From: Escherichia coli O127:H6 str. E2348/69
GTDB lineage: Bacteria > Pseudomonadota > Gammaproteobacteria > Enterobacterales > Enterobacteriaceae
Length of the DNA stretch: 64,000 bases
NCBI RefSeq assembly: GCF_000026545.1
Contig: NC_011601.1
Reading direction: 5' to 3' (one strand)
The translations under genes were made by a program, and so were the position numbers. Position 1 is the stretch's first letter, and each line of letters begins with the position of its first letter. Below, one piece after another: positions 44,151 to 57,283 of the stretch. A model generated the notes under the pieces. That model was given only the letters and a program-made list of their open reading frames with translations, searched no databases and was not told the DNA's origin.

Positions 44151-44255
44151 AGGGTGAACAGGTGCGCATACCTTAACAAAGCTGTTCACTCTAATAATTT
44201 TCTTTAATATCAGTACACTACCCGCAATAAGTGAACAGATGGACGGGGTGAACAC
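44151..44255. repeat. Cluster of GTGAACA motifs near the right island end
   Basis: GGTGAACA at 44153 and 44248, GTGAACAG at 44231, inverted copy TGTTCAC at 44183; related to the left-end TGTTCACC/TATTCACC cluster. Confidence 0.45.
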
Positions 44256-44405
44256 TTCACACCTATAGCGCGAAATATTTTAATATTTGCAGTTGAATTG
44301 CAATCCTTGAAAACAGAAACGCGTAGCAAAACGTAGAGTGCTGAAAAAATTTTGTTGGGGAGCAGTTCAAACTGCATGAGCAATTTTCAAGCACTCCTCT
44401 TTGTC

Positions 44406-44424
44406 TTGTACCCAAGACTGTACC
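44406..44424. repeat. attR core (right copy of the 19-bp direct repeat)
   Basis: TTGTACCCAAGACTGTACC, identical to 33282..33300. Confidence 0.75.
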
Positions 44425-44655
44425 CAATAGAAAAAATAGAAAATAAAAACTCAGCAATAGCAGCGATTGGTTACACTACTCAACATTCAGATTCAACTCG
44501 TAACGCCAATTCTTACTTTTCAGCCTTCACAAATGCCGCCCACTCAAACAGAGCGGCATTTTTCTTCCCCGCAACTTCAATTCTGTTTTGCGTGCCTGCT
44601 CCAGATTTTGCGATGTTTTTTTGCCCAGCGCAGTGAGAACGTGAGATACTCACAA

Positions 44656-44671
44656 CTGTATATAAACACAG
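44656..44671 (+). promoter_or_regulatory. LexA (SOS) box in the dinD promoter
   Basis: CTGTATATAAACACAG matches CTGT-N8-ACAG, ~45 bp upstream of dinD. Confidence 0.75.
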
Positions 44672-44716
44672 TTGTAGACTTACTTTCCTTGCAATCGATA
44701 TCACATGGAGTGGGCA

Positions 44717-45541
44717 ATGAACGAACATCATCAACCTTTTGAAGAGATAAAGCTGATTAATGCAAACGGAGCAGAACAATGGTCAGCAAGACAACTTGGG
44801 AAACTACTGGGTTATTCAGAGTATCGTCACTTTATACCTGTATTAACGCGCGCCAAAGAAGCTTGTCTGAATAGTGGTCACACAATTGATGACCATTTCG
44901 AGGAGATCCTCGATATGATCAAAATTGGCTCAAATGCCAAAAGAGCATTAAAAGACATCGTACTCTCCCGCTATGCCTGTTACCTGGTAGTACAAAACGG
45001 CGACCCTGCGAAACCGGTTATTGCGGCAGGGCAAACTTATTTTGCTATCCAGACCCGACGGCAGGAGCTGGCTGACGATGAAGCTTTCAGGCAACTTCGT
45101 GAAGACGAAAAGCGTCTTTTTCTGAGAAATGAGTTGAAAGAACATAACAAACAATTAGTTGAGGCAGCGCAGCAAGCTGGGGTAGCGACAGCTATCGATT
45201 TCGCCATATTTCAGAATCATGGTTACCGGGGGCTGTATGGTGGATTAGATCAGAAAGCCATCCATCAGCGGAAGGGGCTGAAAAAGAGTCAGAAGATCCT
45301 GGATCATATGGGTTCAACAGAACTGGCGGCTAATCTCTTTCGAGCTACCCAAACAGAAGAAAAACTCAAGCGGGATGGCGTGAATTCAAAACAGCAAGCT
45401 AACACCACACACTTTGACGTGGGTCGCAAGGTGAGGCAAACCATTCAGGAACTTGGCGGAACCATGCCTGAGGAGTTGCCGACCCCGCAGGTCAACATCA
45501 AGCAGTTGGAAAACAGTGTAAAAATTACAGAGAAGAAATAG
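44717..45541 (+). CDS. dinD: DNA damage-inducible protein D
   Basis: ORF 44705..45541 trimmed to MNEHHQPFEE (274 aa); LexA box upstream. Confidence 0.85.
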   Translation: MNEHHQPFEEIKLINANGAEQWSARQLGKLLGYSEYRHFIPVLTRAKEACLNSGHTIDDHFEEILDMIKIGSNAKRALKDIVLSRYACYLVVQNGDPAKPVIAAGQTYFAIQTRRQELADDEAFRQLREDEKRLFLRNELKEHNKQLVEAAQQAGVATAIDFAIFQNHGYRGLYGGLDQKAIHQRKGLKKSQKILDHMGSTELAANLFRATQTEEKLKRDGVNSKQQANTTHFDVGRKVRQTIQELGGTMPEELPTPQVNIKQLENSVKITEKK

Positions 45542-45832
45542 CAGAAACTAAAAACTCTTTTTGTTGATTGAGATACCCGATGCGTAAGCCAAAGTCCAGG
45601 TGCGGTGAACACAATGGCTAAACATTGCACCTTTCTTTTCCACCCCTCAATTTTAACCTATTTTTTCTTATGCATTCTCTCAGACAAGAAGTCAGAAGAA
45701 TGCATCTACGCTACAGAAAATAGCGATTTCACATAACTACAAGTTATCAATTTCCTCTCACCTTAAAAAATCTCAATCGTGACAATACGCACAAATCGCT
45801 ACCCTGCCAGACAGATTTTTAGGGAGAGAACC

Positions 45833-48224
<2,392 letters not shown>

Positions 48225-48225
48225 G

Positions 48226-48265
<40 letters not shown>

Positions 48266-48266
48266 T

Positions 48267-49013
<747 letters not shown>

Positions 49014-49067
49014 ACCTGATTTCAGTATCATGCCCAGTCATTTCTTCACCTGTGGAGCTTTTTAAGT

Positions 49068-49343
49068 ATGGCACGCGTAACTGTTCAGGACGCTGTAGAG
49101 AAAATTGGTAACCGTTTTGACCTGGTACTGGTCGCCGCGCGTCGCGCTCGTCAGATGCAGGTAGGCGGAAAGGATCCGCTGGTACCGGAAGAAAACGATA
49201 AAACCACTGTAATCGCGCTGCGCGAAATCGAAGAAGGTCTGATCAACAACCAGATCCTCGACGTTCGCGAACGCCAGGAACAGCAAGAGCAGGAAGCCGC
49301 TGAATTACAAGCCGTTACCGCTATTGCTGAAGGTCGTCGTTAA
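49068..49343 (+). CDS. rpoZ: RNA polymerase omega subunit
   Basis: 91-aa [24 protein letters not shown]... Confidence 0.95.
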
Positions 49344-49361
49344 TCACAAAGCGGGTCGCCC

Positions 49362-51470
49362 TTGTATCTGTTTGAAAGCCTGAATCAACTGATTCAAACC
49401 TACCTGCCGGAAGACCAAATCAAGCGTCTGCGGCAGGCGTATCTCGTTGCACGTGATGCTCACGAGGGGCAAACACGTTCAAGCGGTGAACCCTATATCA
49501 CGCACCCGGTGGCGGTTGCCTGCATTCTGGCCGAGATGAAACTCGACTATGAAACGCTTATGGCGGCGCTGCTGCATGACGTGATTGAAGATACTCCCGC
49601 CACCTACCAGGACATGGAACAGCTTTTTGGTAAAAGCGTCGCCGAGCTGGTAGAGGGGGTGTCGAAACTTGATAAACTCAAGTTCCGCGATAAGAAAGAG
49701 GCGCAGGCCGAAAACTTTCGCAAGATGATTATGGCGATGGTGCAGGATATCCGCGTCATCCTCATCAAACTTGCCGACCGTACCCACAACATGCGCACGC
49801 TGGGCTCACTTCGCCCGGACAAACGTCGCCGCATCGCACGTGAAACTCTCGAAATTTACAGCCCGCTGGCGCACCGTTTAGGTATCCACCACATTAAAAC
49901 CGAACTCGAAGAGCTGGGTTTTGAGGCGCTGTATCCCAACCGTTATCGCGTAATCAAAGAAGTGGTGAAAGCCGCGCGCGGCAACCGTAAAGAGATGATC
50001 CAGAAGATTCTTTCTGAAATCGAAGGGCGTTTGCAGGAAGCGGGAATACCGTGCCGCGTCAGTGGTCGCGAAAAGCATCTTTATTCGATTTACTGCAAAA
50101 TGGTGCTCAAAGAGCAGCGTTTTCACTCAATCATGGACATCTACGCTTTCCGCGTGATCGTCAATGATTCTGACACCTGTTATCGCGTGCTGGGCCAGAT
50201 GCACAGCCTGTACAAGCCGCGTCCGGGCCGCGTGAAAGACTATATCGCCATTCCAAAAGCGAACGGCTATCAGTCTTTGCACACCTCGATGATTGGCCCG
50301 CACGGCGTGCCGGTTGAGGTCCAGATCCGTACCGAAGATATGGATCAGATGGCGGAGATGGGTGTTGCCGCGCACTGGGCTTATAAAGAGCACGGCGAAA
50401 CCAGCACTACCGCGCAAATACGCGCCCAGCGCTGGATGCAAAGCCTGCTGGAGCTGCAACAGAGTGCCGGTAGCTCGTTTGAATTTATCGAGAGCGTTAA
50501 ATCCGATCTCTTCCCGGATGAGATTTACGTTTTCACACCAGAAGGGCGCATTGTCGAACTGCCTGCCGGTGCAACGCCCGTCGACTTCGCTTATGCGGTG
50601 CATACCGATATCGGTCATGCCTGCGTGGGCGCACGCGTCGACCGCCAGCCTTACCCGCTGTCGCAGCCGCTTACCAGCGGTCAAACCGTTGAAATTATTA
50701 CCGCACCGGGCGCTCGCCCGAATGCCGCGTGGCTGAACTTTGTCGTTAGCTCGAAAGCGCGCGCCAAAATTCGTCAATTGCTGAAAAACCTCAAGCGTGA
50801 TGATTCTGTAAGCCTGGGCCGTCGTCTGCTCAACCATGCGTTGGGTGGCAGCCGCAAGCTCAATGAAATCCCGCAGGAAAATATTCAGCGCGAGCTGGAC
50901 CGCATGAAGCTGGCAACGCTTGACGATCTGCTGGCTGAAATCGGCCTTGGTAACGCAATGAGCGTGGTGGTCGCGAAAAATCTGCAACATGGGGACGCCT
51001 CCATTCCACCGGCAACCCAAAGTCACGGACATCTGCCCATTAAAGGTGCCGATGGCGTGCTGATCACCTTTGCGAAATGCTGCCGCCCTATTCCTGGCGA
51101 CCCGATTATCGCCCACGTCAGCCCCGGTAAAGGTCTGGTGATCCACCATGAATCCTGCCGTAACATCCGTGGCTACCAGAAAGAGCCAGAGAAGTTTATG
51201 GCTGTGGAATGGGATAAAGAGACGGCGCAGGAGTTCATCACCGAAATCAAGGTGGAGATGTTCAATCATCAGGGTGCGCTGGCAAACCTGACGGCGGCAA
51301 TTAACACCACGACCTCGAATATTCAAAGTTTGAATACGGAAGAGAAAGATGGTCGCGTCTACAGCGCCTTTATTCGTCTGACCGCTCGTGACCGTGTGCA
51401 TCTGGCGAATATCATGCGCAAAATCCGCGTGATGCCAGACGTGATTAAAGTCACCCGAAACCGAAATTAA
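49362..51470 (+). CDS. spoT: Bifunctional (p)ppGpp synthetase / hydrolase SpoT
   Basis: 702-aa ORF; HD domain (HDVIEDT), RelA/SpoT synthetase, TGS and ACT regions. Confidence 0.95.
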   Translation: MYLFESLNQLIQTYLPEDQIKRLRQAYLVARDAHEGQTRSSGEPYITHPVAVACILAEMKLDYETLMAALLHDVIEDTPATYQDMEQLFGKSVAELVEGVSKLDKLKFRDKKEAQAENFRKMIMAMVQDIRVILIKLADRTHNMRTLGSLRPDKRRRIARETLEIYSPLAHRLGIHHIKTELEELGFEALYPNRYRVIKEVVKAARGNRKEMIQKILSEIEGRLQEAGIPCRVSGREKHLYSIYCKMVLKEQRFHSIMDIYAFRVIVNDSDTCYRVLGQMHSLYKPRPGRVKDYIAIPKANGYQSLHTSMIGPHGVPVEVQIRTEDMDQMAEMGVAAHWAYKEHGETSTTAQIRAQRWMQSLLELQQSAGSSFEFIESVKSDLFPDEIYVFTPEGRIVELPAGATPVDFAYAVHTDIGHACVGARVDRQPYPLSQPLTSGQTVEIITAPGARPNAAWLNFVVSSKARAKIRQLLKNLKRDDSVSLGRRLLNHALGGSRKLNEIPQENIQRELDRMKLATLDDLLAEIGLGNAMSVVVAKNLQHGDASIPPATQSHGHLPIKGADGVLITFAKCCRPIPGDPIIAHVSPGKGLVIHHESCRNIRGYQKEPEKFMAVEWDKETAQEFITEIKVEMFNHQGALANLTAAINTTTSNIQSLNTEEKDGRVYSAFIRLTARDRVHLANIMRKIRVMPDVIKVTRNRN

Positions 51471-51476
51471 TGTTTT

Positions 51477-52166
51477 ATGAACCCAACACGTTATGCACGC
51501 ATCTGCGAAATGCTCGCCAGGCGGCAGCCTGATCTGACCGTCTGCATGGAGCAGGTCCACAAACCTCATAACGTTTCTGCGATTATTCGTACCGCAGATG
51601 CCGTTGGCGTACATGAAGTTCATGCTGTCTGGCCTGGCAGCCGGATGCGCACCATGGCTTCGGCAGCTGCGGGTAGTAACAGCTGGGTACAGGTGAAAAC
51701 GCACCGCACCATTGGCGATGCCGTCGCTCATCTGAAAGGCCAGGGCATGCAGATTCTGACAACCCATCTTTCTGATAACGCTGTTGATTTCCGCGAAATT
51801 GATTACACTCGCCCGACCTGTATTTTGATGGGACAGGAGAAAACGGGCATCACGCAGGAAGCGTTGGCCCTGGCGGATCAGGATATCATCATTCCGATGA
51901 TCGGCATGGTGCAGTCGCTGAATGTTTCCGTTGCCTCAGCCCTCATTCTTTACGAAGCCCAGCGCCAGCGGCAAAATGCGGGCATGTACCTGCGTGAAAA
52001 CAGCATGTTGCCGGAAACCGAGCAACAACGCCTGCTGTTTGAAGGTGGCTATCCGGTGCTGGCGAAAGTCGCAAAACGCAAAGGTCTGCCCTACCCCCAC
52101 GTTAATCAGCAAGGCGAGATTGAAGCCGATGCTGACTGGTGGTCCACCATGCAGGCCGCAGGGTAA
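51477..52166 (+). CDS. trmH: tRNA (guanosine18-2'-O)-methyltransferase TrmH
   Basis: 229-aa SpoU-family methyltransferase ORF. Confidence 0.9.
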   Translation: MNPTRYARICEMLARRQPDLTVCMEQVHKPHNVSAIIRTADAVGVHEVHAVWPGSRMRTMASAAAGSNSWVQVKTHRTIGDAVAHLKGQGMQILTTHLSDNAVDFREIDYTRPTCILMGQEKTGITQEALALADQDIIIPMIGMVQSLNVSVASALILYEAQRQRQNAGMYLRENSMLPETEQQRLLFEGGYPVLAKVAKRKGLPYPHVNQQGEIEADADWWSTMQAAG

Positions 52167-52171
52167 GCGCG

Positions 52172-54253
52172 ATGAAAGGTCGCCTGTTAGATGCTGTCCC
52201 GCTCAGTTCCCTAACGGGCGTTGGCGCAGCGCTTAGTAACAAGCTGGCGAAAATCAACCTGCATACCGTACAGGATTTGCTCTTACACCTTCCTCTGCGC
52301 TACGAAGATCGCACACATCTCTACCCCATCGGTGAACTACTGCCGGGTGTTTATGCCACGGTGGAAGGCGAAGTGCTGAACTGCAATATCTCCTTCGGCA
52401 GTCGGCGGATGATGACCTGCCAGATCAGCGACGGTTCCGGCATTCTCACTATGCGCTTTTTCAACTTCAATGCGGCAATGAAAAATAGCCTGGCGACAGG
52501 CCGCCGCGTGCTGGCCTATGGCGAAGCAAAGCGCGGCAAATATGGTGCGGAGATGATCCACCCGGAATACCGCGTACAGGGCGATCTCAGCACGCCAGAG
52601 TTACAGGAAACGCTCACACCGGTTTATCCAACTACGGAAGGCGTAAAGCAGGCTACGCTGCGTAAATTAACCGACCAGGCGCTGGATCTGCTCGACACAT
52701 GCGCCATTGAAGAACTCCTGCCGCCGGAACTGTCACAAGGAATGATGACGCTACCGGAAGCGTTGCGCACTTTGCACCGCCCGCCGCCGACGCTACAGCT
52801 TAGCGATCTCGAAACCGGGCAGCATCCGGCACAACGCCGTCTGATTCTGGAAGAACTACTGGCGCACAACCTCAGCATGTTGGCGTTACGTGCCGGTGCA
52901 CAACGTTTTCATGCTCAGCCGCTGAGCGCCAATGACGCGCTGAAAAATAAACTCCTCGCCGCCTTACCGTTCAAGCCAACGGGCGCACAGGCACGCGTAG
53001 TGGCGGAGATCGAGCGCGATATGGCGCTGGATGTGCCGATGATGCGCCTGGTGCAGGGCGATGTAGGTTCCGGTAAAACGCTGGTCGCCGCCCTCGCCGC
53101 GTTGCGTGCGGTTGCCCACGGCAAACAGGTGGCCCTGATGGCACCAACCGAATTACTCGCCGAGCAGCACGCCAATAACTTCCGTAACTGGTTTGCACCA
53201 CTCGGTATCGAAGTAGGCTGGCTCGCCGGAAAACAGAAAGGTAAAGCACGACTGGCTCAGCAAGAAGCCATCGCCAGCGGTCAGGTGCAGATGATTGTTG
53301 GTACGCACGCCATTTTCCAGGAACAGGTGCAGTTTAACGGCCTGGCGCTGGTGATTATCGACGAACAGCATCGTTTTGGCGTGCATCAGCGTCTGGCGTT
53401 ATGGGAGAAAGGTCAGCAGCAGGGCTTCCATCCGCATCAGTTGATCATGACCGCCACGCCCATCCCCCGCACGCTGGCGATGACTGCGTATGCCGATCTC
53501 GATACCTCGGTGATAGATGAGCTGCCACCAGGCCGCACGCCAGTGACTACGGTCGCTATTCCTGATACCCGCCGTATCGATATCATTGACCGCGTGCGCC
53601 ACGCCTGTATGACTGAAGGGCGTCAGGCGTACTGGGTTTGTACGTTGATTGAAGAGTCGGAATTACTGGAAGCGCAGGCGGCGGAAGCGACCTGGGAAGA
53701 GTTGAAACTGGCGCTACCAGAGTTGAATGTTGGCCTGGTACACGGACGGATGAAACCCGCAGAGAAACAGGCGGTGATGACATCGTTTAAACAAGGCGAG
53801 CTACACCTGCTGGTTGCCACTACTGTCATTGAAGTCGGTGTTGATGTACCCAATGCCAGTCTGATGATTATCGAAAACCCGGAGCGTCTGGGTCTGGCGC
53901 AGTTGCACCAGTTACGTGGCCGCGTGGGCCGTGGCGCGGTGGCTTCTCACTGCGTGCTGCTCTACAAAACGCCGCTCTCCAAAACCGCGCAAATCCGCCT
54001 GCAGGTACTACGCGACAGCAACGATGGTTTTGTGATTGCACAGAAAGATCTGGAAATTCGCGGCCCTGGCGAATTGTTAGGTACACGTCAGACGGGTAAT
54101 GCTGAATTTAAAGTGGCGGATTTACTGCGCGATCAGGCGATGATCCCGGAAGTTCAGCGCCTGGCGCGACATATTCACGAACGTTACCCACAACAGGCAA
54201 AAGCCCTGATAGAACGCTGGATGCCGGAAACGGAACGTTACTCGAATGCGTAA
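52172..54253 (+). CDS. recG: ATP-dependent DNA helicase RecG
   Basis: ORF 52139..54253 trimmed to MKGRLLDAVPLSS (693 aa); Walker A GDVGSGKT and DEQH motif. Confidence 0.95.
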   Translation: MKGRLLDAVPLSSLTGVGAALSNKLAKINLHTVQDLLLHLPLRYEDRTHLYPIGELLPGVYATVEGEVLNCNISFGSRRMMTCQISDGSGILTMRFFNFNAAMKNSLATGRRVLAYGEAKRGKYGAEMIHPEYRVQGDLSTPELQETLTPVYPTTEGVKQATLRKLTDQALDLLDTCAIEELLPPELSQGMMTLPEALRTLHRPPPTLQLSDLETGQHPAQRRLILEELLAHNLSMLALRAGAQRFHAQPLSANDALKNKLLAALPFKPTGAQARVVAEIERDMALDVPMMRLVQGDVGSGKTLVAALAALRAVAHGKQVALMAPTELLAEQHANNFRNWFAPLGIEVGWLAGKQKGKARLAQQEAIASGQVQMIVGTHAIFQEQVQFNGLALVIIDEQHRFGVHQRLALWEKGQQQGFHPHQLIMTATPIPRTLAMTAYADLDTSVIDELPPGRTPVTTVAIPDTRRIDIIDRVRHACMTEGRQAYWVCTLIEESELLEAQAAEATWEELKLALPELNVGLVHGRMKPAEKQAVMTSFKQGELHLLVATTVIEVGVDVPNASLMIIENPERLGLAQLHQLRGRVGRGAVASHCVLLYKTPLSKTAQIRLQVLRDSNDGFVIAQKDLEIRGPGELLGTRQTGNAEFKVADLLRDQAMIPEVQRLARHIHERYPQQAKALIERWMPETERYSNA

Positions 54254-54286
54254 AAAGCGGCGGTGAGAAGACCGCCGCTTCATCGG

Positions 54287-55492
54287 TTAACCGGCAAAAA
54301 TCGGCAACATCAAATACAGCTTAATCACCAGCGCATTGACGATATCGATAAAGAACGCACCGACCATCGGCACGACCAGGAACGCCATGTGCGACGGGCC
54401 AAAGCGTTCAGTGATCGCCTGCATGTTGGCGATTGCTGTTGGCGTTGCACCGAGGCCAAAACCACAGTGACCCGCAGCCAGCACTGCCGCATCGTAGTTT
54501 TTGCCCATCATGCGCCAGGTAACGAAGATGGCATACAACGCCATGAAGATGGTCTGTACCACCAGAATCGCCAGCATCGGCAACGCCAGCGAAGCCAGCT
54601 CCCACAGTTTCAGCCCCATCAGCGCCATCGCCAGGAACAACGACAGGCTTACGTTACCCAGCACGGATACCGCACGCTCAAAGACGCGGTAAAAGCCCAT
54701 CATTGACAGACCGTTGCTCAGAATCACGCCAACAAATAGTACACAGACGAAGGTCGGTAGTTCAAAAGCAGTACCAGCCAAAAGTTGCGCAACAATTTTC
54801 CCCACCGTCAGGCAGATAGCAATCAGCGCGATAGTTTCAATCAGCACCAGCGAGGTGATCATGCGGCCCACATCCGGCTTTTCGAACGCCGTCGGAACTT
54901 CCTGGTCATCCGGAATACCGTTCGGTGTGGTGGAGTGTTTCACCAGATAGCGCGCCACCGGACCGCCAATCAAGCCGCCCAGCACCAAACCGAACGTTGC
55001 ACAGGCCATCGCCACTTCTGTCGCGTTGGTGAAACCATAACGTTCAATGAACAATTTACTCCATGCAGCACCCGTACCGTGACCGCCGGAAAGCGTAATA
55101 GAACCGGCCAGCAGCCCCATCAGCGGATCAAGCCCTAACAGGCTAGCCATACCAATGCCAATGGCATTTTGCATCACCAACAGGCCAACAACCACAATCA
55201 GGAAAACCCCCACCACACGCCCACCAGCTCGCAGACTGGCAAGGTTGGCGTTCAGGCCAATGGTGGCGAAGAAAGCCAGCATCAACGGATCGCGCAGGGA
55301 CATATCAAAGTTGACTTCCCAGCCCATGCTTTTTTTCAGTATCAGCAGCGCCAGCGCCACTAATAAACCACCCGCAACAGGTTCCGGTATGGTGTATTTT
55401 TTCAAAAAGGAGACGGAATGGACCAACTTGCGCCCGAGCAGCAACGTCAGCGTTGCGGCAACAAGCGTTGCTAAAGTATCGAGATGAAACAT
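54287..55492 (-). CDS. gltS: Sodium/glutamate symporter
   Basis: 401-aa polytopic membrane protein; recognised GltS. Confidence 0.9.
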   Translation of the reverse strand: MFHLDTLATLVAATLTLLLGRKLVHSVSFLKKYTIPEPVAGGLLVALALLILKKSMGWEVNFDMSLRDPLMLAFFATIGLNANLASLRAGGRVVGVFLIVVVGLLVMQNAIGIGMASLLGLDPLMGLLAGSITLSGGHGTGAAWSKLFIERYGFTNATEVAMACATFGLVLGGLIGGPVARYLVKHSTTPNGIPDDQEVPTAFEKPDVGRMITSLVLIETIALIAICLTVGKIVAQLLAGTAFELPTFVCVLFVGVILSNGLSMMGFYRVFERAVSVLGNVSLSLFLAMALMGLKLWELASLALPMLAILVVQTIFMALYAIFVTWRMMGKNYDAAVLAAGHCGFGLGATPTAIANMQAITERFGPSHMAFLVVPMVGAFFIDIVNALVIKLYLMLPIFAG

Positions 55493-55762
55493 AGTTACTC
55501 CTTTGTGTCCGCATCACTCTTTCATACTCGTCATACTTCATCGCGCATTTGCAGTAAGGCGAAATATGACGAGTATCGAGTCATGCTTTCCTGGTTCGAA
55601 TTCTTAGCTGAAACTAGAAAAATGGCATGGATTTTAAGCAGAAAACAACTAAAAGTTATATAAAAAAGTACATTTATCTCATTTAAATATTTAGATGAGG
55701 ATGTGGCAAACGTTTGCTTTTCTCTTTCGGTCAGCTAAAATGCCCGCTTTGCTACCACGGGA

Positions 55763-57163
55763 TTGTTTTCGATGTCTGTTTCCACCCTCGAGTCAGAAAA
55801 TGCGCAACCGGTTGCGCAGACTCAAAACAGCGAACTGATTTACCGTCTTGAAGATCGTCCGCCGCTTCCTCAAACCCTGTTTGCCGCCTGTCAGCATTTG
55901 CTGGCGATGTTCGTTGCGGTGATCACGCCAGCGCTATTAATCTGCCAGGCGCTGGGTTTACCGGCACAAGACACGCAACACATTATTAGTATGTCGCTGT
56001 TTGCCTCCGGTGTGGCATCGATTATTCAAATTAAGGCCTGGGGTCCGGTTGGCTCCGGGTTGTTGTCTATTCAGGGCACCAGCTTCAACTTTGTTGCTCC
56101 GCTGATTATGGGCGGCACAGCGCTGAAGACCGGTGGTGCTGATGTTCCTACCATGATGGCAGCTTTGTTCGGCACGTTGATGCTGGCAAGTTGTACCGAG
56201 ATGGTGATCTCCCGCGTTCTGCATCTGGCGCGCCGCATTATTACGCCGCTGGTTTCTGGCGTTGTGGTGATGATTATCGGCCTGTCGCTAATTCAGGTTG
56301 GGCTGACCTCCATTGGCGGCGGTTACGCAGCCATGAGCGATAACACCTTCGGCGCACCGAAAAATCTGCTGCTGGCAGGCGTGGTCTTAGCCTTAATTAT
56401 CCTGCTTAACCGTCAACGTAACCCTTACTTACGCGTGGCCTCACTGGTGATTGCGATGGCGGCCGGATATGCGCTGGCGTGGTTTATGGGCATGTTGCCA
56501 GAAAGCAACGAACCGATGACACAAGAACTGATTATGGTGCCAACGCCGCTCTATTATGGTCTTGGCATTGAATGGAGTCTGCTGCTGCCGCTGATGCTGG
56601 TCTTTATGATCACTTCGCTGGAAACCATTGGCGATATCACGGCGACCTCTGACGTTTCCGAACAGCCAGTTTCCGGTCCGCTGTACATGAAACGTCTGAA
56701 AGGCGGCGTGCTGGCAAACGGCCTGAACTCGTTTGTCTCGGCGGTATTTAATACCTTCCCGAACTCCTGCTTCGGACAGAACAACGGGGTGATCCAGTTA
56801 ACCGGTGTTGCCAGCCGCTATGTCGGTTTTGTCGTCGCGCTGATGTTGATCGTGCTGGGTCTGTTCCCGGCAGTGAGCGGTTTTGTACAACACATTCCAG
56901 AACCGGTTCTGGGCGGCGCAACGCTTGTAATGTTTGGCACCATCGCCGCCTCCGGTGTGCGTATCGTTTCTCGTGAGCCGCTGAACCGCCGGGCGATTCT
57001 GATTATCGCGCTGTCGCTGGCGGTCGGTCTGGGCGTGTCTCAGCAGCCGCTGATTTTGCAGTTTGCTCCTGAATGGCTGAAAAACCTGCTCTCCTCCGGG
57101 ATTGCCGCGGGCGGTATTACTGCCATCGTGCTGAATCTGATTTTCCCACCAGAAAAACAGTAA
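55763..57163 (+). CDS. xanP: Xanthine permease (NCS2 family)
   Basis: 466-aa membrane transporter ORF; recognised XanP/YicE. Confidence 0.85.
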
Positions 57164-57283
57164 TTCACTGGCGGCGGTAAGATAATTACCGCCGCAGTCT
57201 CACCTCTTTCACCATTCCCGCCTTGAGGATTGCGCGTAAATCGTGCATAACTCCCTTATGTGCATTTCACGGGATGGAAGACC

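Larger units (their letters stand above)
33282..44424. mobile_element. Integrative island (~11.1 kb) with P4-like integrase / AlpA / primase-helicase backbone, inserted between yicC and dinD
   Basis: Perfect 19-bp direct repeat TTGTACCCAAGACTGTACC at both ends; tyrosine integrase adjacent to the left repeat; AlpA-like gene and primase-helicase at the right; cargo ORFs of unknown function. Confidence 0.8.

Noticed and set aside
45611-45618. Isolated GGTGAACA motif in the dinD-yicG spacer
   Set aside because: A single 8-mer copy is expected by chance in 64 kb; only the clustered copies at the island ends are treated as meaningful.
50127-51767. 546-aa minus-strand ORF
   Set aside because: Antisense to spoT and trmH; a typical long shadow ORF in a GC-rich gene.
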